A stretch of DNA of 64,000 nucleotides from a virus (Duplodnaviria; Heunggongvirae; Uroviricota; Caudoviricetes), in IMG/VR virus record IMGVR_UViG_3300023179_004209, positions 231,832 through 295,831 of that record; one strand, 5' to 3'. Shown in pieces: positions 60,597 through 64,000 of the stretch (position 1 is its first letter; the number at the start of each line of letters is the position of its first letter). The notes under the pieces are model-generated. The model was not told the DNA's origin. It saw only the letters and a program-made list of their open reading frames with translations, and made no database searches. The position numbers were made by a program, and so were the translations under genes.

Positions 60597-61233
60597 AAGA
60601 CCACTAAAACTTATTCATAATGATGATCACCGTGTGTATTTCACCAGTGATACTCATTTTAACCATGATAAGGCTTTTATTTATGAAGCCCGTGGTTATA
60701 AAAACCGTTATGAACACAATGATGCTTTGATTGCAAAGATCAATGAAGTGGTGCGTCCAGAAGATACACTGTTTCATCTTGGTGATTTTTGTCTGAATAT
60801 TACTCCGCCTGAATTTGAATCGATTCTTAGTAGAATTAACTGCAATAACATTGCTTATATTTGGGGCAACCATAATAGTTGTATTCGTAGAGTCTATGAA
60901 GATTCGGTAACAACTCAATATGGTAGGGATGTGGAAGTATATCCATATGCAATTGGTAAACTCACTTATCTGGGTTATTACAAGGAAGTGATCGTAAATG
61001 GTCATATGATTGTTATACATCATTTTCCCCACCAAATTTGGAATCAAATGCAAAAGAATGCTTGGCAATTGAGTGGACATAGCCACTACACCAATCCAAC
61101 CACTCAAGTAGAATATCCAGACAATAAAATTCTGGATGTTGGTTGGGATGGTCACGGTAAACCGTTGTCATTTCCAGAGATTCAGAAGATAATGATGAAT
61201 AAAAATCATATCAAGCATGATAAACATCATTAA
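60589..61233 (+). CDS. calcineurin-like metallophosphoesterase (Pnkp phosphatase-domain-like)
   Basis: SDTHFNHD, HLGDF, WGNHN, HH, GHSH motif series. Confidence 0.6.
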   Translation: MFERPLKLIHNDDHRVYFTSDTHFNHDKAFIYEARGYKNRYEHNDALIAKINEVVRPEDTLFHLGDFCLNITPPEFESILSRINCNNIAYIWGNHNSCIRRVYEDSVTTQYGRDVEVYPYAIGKLTYLGYYKEVIVNGHMIVIHHFPHQIWNQMQKNAWQLSGHSHYTNPTTQVEYPDNKILDVGWDGHGKPLSFPEIQKIMMNKNHIKHDKHH

Positions 61234-61241
61234 AAATACAA

Positions 61242-61270
61242 ATCCTCTCCGTAAAAAGAGAGGATTTTTT
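61242..61270 (+). terminator. Rho-independent terminator
   Basis: ATCCTCTC..GAGAGGAT + TTTTTT. Confidence 0.75.
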
Positions 61271-61272
61271 GT

Positions 61273-61300
61273 TGACTTTCTATAAAACCCGTGGTAGATT
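61273..61300 (+). promoter_or_regulatory. promoter TTGACT-N16-TAGATT
   Basis: TTGACTTTCTATAAAACCCGTGGTAGATT; ATG 61310. Confidence 0.6.
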
Positions 61301-61309
61301 GAGTTCGTT

Positions 61310-61786
61310 ATGTCAAAACCATACATTCACGCTCAAAGTTCCGTCCGTAAATTCGGCGGTAAACCAGAAGATTATGAACCCATACACGCTTTTATGGATT
61401 GTAGTAAGGGTGCAATTGCGGATAACCGACATCGTGCTCTAACACACAATAGTTGGTTTCTTAGTAATATTCTGGAACGAGTAAAATTTGCCAATAGTGG
61501 ACCAGAAACCAGTGATCATCGTTTTCCTACCATTATCAATAGTGATGGACGTAGTGTGAGTGTACGGGACATTGGTGAACAACATTGTTTGGAAGACTTT
61601 GCTAATAAGTTTATTCCTTCAGCACAAGATTATCTGGCTGAAATGGAGTTCAAGAGTTGGATGCAGAATGGCATTTCACATCCTCCTAGCTTTGTCAAGA
61701 TTGATGAAGGTCGTAAATCCCGTGCTAAAAATGGTTTGACTTCTAAAACTTTCGGTGGTAGTATCAAAAATGTAATTGGAGATTAA
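61310..61786 (+). CDS. hypothetical protein
   Basis: ORF behind promoter. Confidence 0.55.
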   Translation: MSKPYIHAQSSVRKFGGKPEDYEPIHAFMDCSKGAIADNRHRALTHNSWFLSNILERVKFANSGPETSDHRFPTIINSDGRSVSVRDIGEQHCLEDFANKFIPSAQDYLAEMEFKSWMQNGISHPPSFVKIDEGRKSRAKNGLTSKTFGGSIKNVIGD

Positions 61787-61799
61787 TAAAACAAAACAT

Positions 61800-62186
61800 A
61801 TGAAAGAATCACTTAAGAAAATTGAAGAGCTAAAGAATCAACTCAACACAGTTAAGTCAGAACTCCAGAATGAGTTTAAGGCTGAACTAAAGAAGATCTT
61901 TGTTGATAATCCTACACTGGACAGCATTGAGATGTATCTTAATAACCACGAATTTAACGATGGTGGCGCAACCTCATTCTATATTGGATATGAAGATCTC
62001 AAGATTGTAGTAGAAGGTGAAGAAGTTGAACGTGAGTGGGATAATGCAACGAAGGAATATAAACCAAATCCAGTGCTTGAATCACTAATTGAACTTTTTG
62101 GTGATGTTCAGTGTATCCATGAAGACCTATATGGTGATGAATATGAACATCTATCTATTACCCGTGAGGACGTTCTAAACTATTAA
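61800..62186 (+). CDS. hypothetical protein
   Basis: internal ATG. Confidence 0.5.
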   Translation: MKESLKKIEELKNQLNTVKSELQNEFKAELKKIFVDNPTLDSIEMYLNNHEFNDGGATSFYIGYEDLKIVVEGEEVEREWDNATKEYKPNPVLESLIELFGDVQCIHEDLYGDEYEHLSITREDVLNY

Positions 62187-62189
62187 TAT

Positions 62190-62579
62190 ATGAGTACATA
62201 TCGTAGAGCCACATTACAGGATTTAGCCAAACTTGGTTATGTTCCTAATGCACAAAAGTATAGTGAACATATTGCGTTTGCCAAGAAGTATTATCCTCCT
62301 GAGGCAACCACAATGGTTATGGTAGTTCATAGTGAGTACAATGATAGTACCTATGATAATAGTTTTCAGTATATCATTGTATATGACACGGAGGGTAATG
62401 AACTTCCTCCATTGAAGAAGACTGCCAAGGAATGTCGTGAACATTGGACTACTGAGTATCTGCCTATTCCAAACACAAGCCACGGTCATTATGGTGCATC
62501 TGAATCAGATGAACCTTTGGAAGATGTAGTTATTCCATTAACCTCAGAAGTTCCAGAACTTTATATCAAGGAGAATTAA
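62190..62579 (+). CDS. hypothetical protein
   Basis: ORF. Confidence 0.5.
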   Translation: MSTYRRATLQDLAKLGYVPNAQKYSEHIAFAKKYYPPEATTMVMVVHSEYNDSTYDNSFQYIIVYDTEGNELPPLKKTAKECREHWTTEYLPIPNTSHGHYGASESDEPLEDVVIPLTSEVPELYIKEN

Positions 62580-62582
62580 TAT

Positions 62583-62819
62583 ATGTTTAGTAATAAAAAT
62601 ATTGTAAAGTATTGTGCAAAGTATTTTGTTCTTTTGACGGTGGGTGCTTACGTTTTTAACACATCCGTAATATTCATTAATCAAAAGAGTGACGTTGCAA
62701 ATCTTATCGGGTCCGCACTTTTTGCTGGACTTTTCGTTGGGACGCTGTTAATCTTAAAAAGTGATGTGACCAAGTTGGTCAAGAACATCAACAAAACTGA
62801 AAATAAAGAAAATGAATAA
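62583..62819 (+). CDS. small membrane protein (2 TM)
   Basis: hydrophobic segments. Confidence 0.45.
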   Translation: MFSNKNIVKYCAKYFVLLTVGAYVFNTSVIFINQKSDVANLIGSALFAGLFVGTLLILKSDVTKLVKNINKTENKENE

Positions 62820-63717
62820 GAAAATCGTTAGTCTGATTGCTAGTGTCGTCGCCATCGCCGCCTTTACTGGTTGTGATCGGGTTGAACCGGGATATGTTGG
62901 TATTAAGGTGAACCAGTGGGGTAGTCAGAAAGGAGTCAATGATTTTCCGTTGGTTACTGGTGGTGTGTTCTACAACCCCATCACTGAGGACATCTACAAG
63001 TTCCCAACCTTTATGCAAAATGCTGTGTGGGATCGTGAACGTGGTAGTAAGGAAAGTCCCGGTGATGACAGTGTGACCTTTAATAGTATTGAAGGTGCTG
63101 TTGTTAATGCTGACATTGCTCTTGCTTATACGTTTGTGGCAGAGAAAGTTCCTCAGATCTTTGTTGAATTCCGTCAGTCACCAGAGATTATTACTCATGG
63201 ATTTATGCGAAATGAGATTAATAACGCATTCAACCGTGTTGCTAGTACCATGAAGGCTAGTGATATCTTTGGTGAGAGAAAGCAGTACCTTCTTGACAAT
63301 GTTAAGAGTAATCTTAACGCACAACTTGGTCCCAAGGGATTTAGGTTTGAATTGATCAGTTTCCATGGTGGTCTTCGTGTTGATCAGAGTGTTCAGACCC
63401 GTATCAACGCAGTCCTAGAGGCTAGTCAAAAGGCTATTGAAGCTGAAACCAAGGTTCGTCAAAGTAAGGCTGAGGCGGATCAAGTGATTGAAAAGGCCCG
63501 TGGTGAGAAGGAAAGTAACATTGCTAAGGCAGAGGGTGAAGCACGTAGTATTGCTCTTAAGGCAGAAGCACAGTCCAAGGCTAACTTGGTTTTGGCTCAG
63601 TCTCTAACCCCGGCACTGGTTCAGTATGAAGCTCTTCAGAGGTGGGATGGTAAGTTGCCGGTATATAATGGAGGTGGTGTTGTACCGTTCGTTAACATTG
63701 GAAACACCAACCGATAA
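62812..63717 (+). CDS. SPFH/band-7 domain lipoprotein (HflK/C-prohibitin-like)
   Basis: lipobox AAFTGC; C-terminal Ala/Glu/Lys-rich coiled coil QVIEKARGEKESNIAKAEGEARSIALKAEAQSKANLVLAQ. Confidence 0.55.
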   Translation: MNKKIVSLIASVVAIAAFTGCDRVEPGYVGIKVNQWGSQKGVNDFPLVTGGVFYNPITEDIYKFPTFMQNAVWDRERGSKESPGDDSVTFNSIEGAVVNADIALAYTFVAEKVPQIFVEFRQSPEIITHGFMRNEINNAFNRVASTMKASDIFGERKQYLLDNVKSNLNAQLGPKGFRFELISFHGGLRVDQSVQTRINAVLEASQKAIEAETKVRQSKAEADQVIEKARGEKESNIAKAEGEARSIALKAEAQSKANLVLAQSLTPALVQYEALQRWDGKLPVYNGGGVVPFVNIGNTNR

Positions 63718-63738
63718 GTGGTAGGAAAAGTGGAGAAA

Positions 63739-63766
63739 CCCGTCAGAGAAATCTGTCGGGTTTTTT
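63739..63766 (+). terminator. Rho-independent terminator
   Basis: CCCGTCAGA..TCTGTCGGG + TTTTTT. Confidence 0.7.
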
Positions 63767-63796
63767 GTTGACTTCGTATAAACCGTATGGTAGATT
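63767..63796 (+). promoter_or_regulatory. promoter TTGACT-N17-TAGATT
   Basis: same core as 61273 promoter; SD-like AAGGAG in leader. Confidence 0.6.
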
Positions 63797-63819
63797 TAAG
63801 GAGTAATTGAAAGGATAAA

Positions 63820-64000
63820 ATGACTACTGAACGTAAATTGGCTAGTGTTGTTAAGATTGTTGACATTCAACCTATTCCGGGTGCTGATGCTATTGTAGTG
63901 GCTACCGTTAAGGGTTGGAAGGTTGTAGTAAAGGTTAATGAATACAAGGTGGGTGATTTGGCTGTTTATTATGAGATTGACAGCTTTTTGCCTATTCGTC
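63820..64000 (+). CDS. partial gene; N-terminal OB-fold tRNA-binding (Myf/EMAP-II/CsaA-like) domain
   Basis: LASVVKIVDIQPIPGADAIVVATVKGWKVVVKVNEYKVGDLAVYYEIDS pattern; runs off window. Confidence 0.4.
   Translation, partial: MTTERKLASVVKIVDIQPIPGADAIVVATVKGWKVVVKVNEYKVGDLAVYYEIDSFLPIR

Noticed and set aside
61310-61786. Reading 61320 as the start of this gene
   Set aside because: Re-indexing showed the ATG is at 61310, in frame with the track ORF. The promoter is 61273-61300.

Overview
The window reads as a virulent (probably large/jumbo) dsDNA bacteriophage segment. It is about 35% GC and almost every gene is on the + strand. Promoters have a sigma70-type architecture, terminators are Rho-independent, and tRNA genes encode their CCA end. 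From 0 to 23.5 kb there is an array of very small genes. Each sits behind a near-identical promoter (TTGACT-N17-TAAAGT or TAGGAT) that abuts the ATG, implying leaderless or very short-leader mRNAs. This region also holds two ORF-free RNA regions, an HD plus Macro gene pair, a TnpB-only IS200/IS605 element, YopX-like paralogs and an SF2 helicase. From 23.6 to 45 kb the sequence is AT-rich, has many hairpin/T-run terminators, and many genes have a TATATTTATA motif 2-8 nt before the ATG. Several otherwise unrelated proteins in this block share near-identical N-terminal decapeptides ending in (L/I)xE, resembling T4 capsid-targeting or prohead-protease propeptides. The same block contains an ankyrin-repeat protein fused to a class III nucleotidyl cyclase domain, four tandem LPX-type LRR paralogs, a 2H phosphoesterase, a membrane/lipoprotein module, and a transmembrane sensor adenylyl-cyclase-like gene followed by an HD hydrolase. 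From 45.5 to 49.1 kb there is a dense tRNA/ncRNA cluster with two HNH endonucleases. It includes ordinary Arg, Lys, Glu and Leu tRNAs but also long-variable-arm tRNAs that appear to carry UAU and CAU anticodons, a tRNA gene with a 35-nt anticodon-loop insertion, a tRNA-like RNA with no anticodon loop, and a mini tmRNA-like element carrying GCA AAC GAC GAA. From 50 to 64 kb there are Ig-like proteins on the - strand, a dCMP deaminase, an Rnl1-like RNA ligase, a split Pnkp-like kinase and metallophosphoesterase (a tRNA-repair toolkit), a secreted EF-hand protein, an SPFH lipoprotein and a partial tRNA-binding-domain gene. All RNA folds and domain calls were made by eye from motifs. They need tRNAscan-SE/ARAGORN, Infernal and HMM confirmation.
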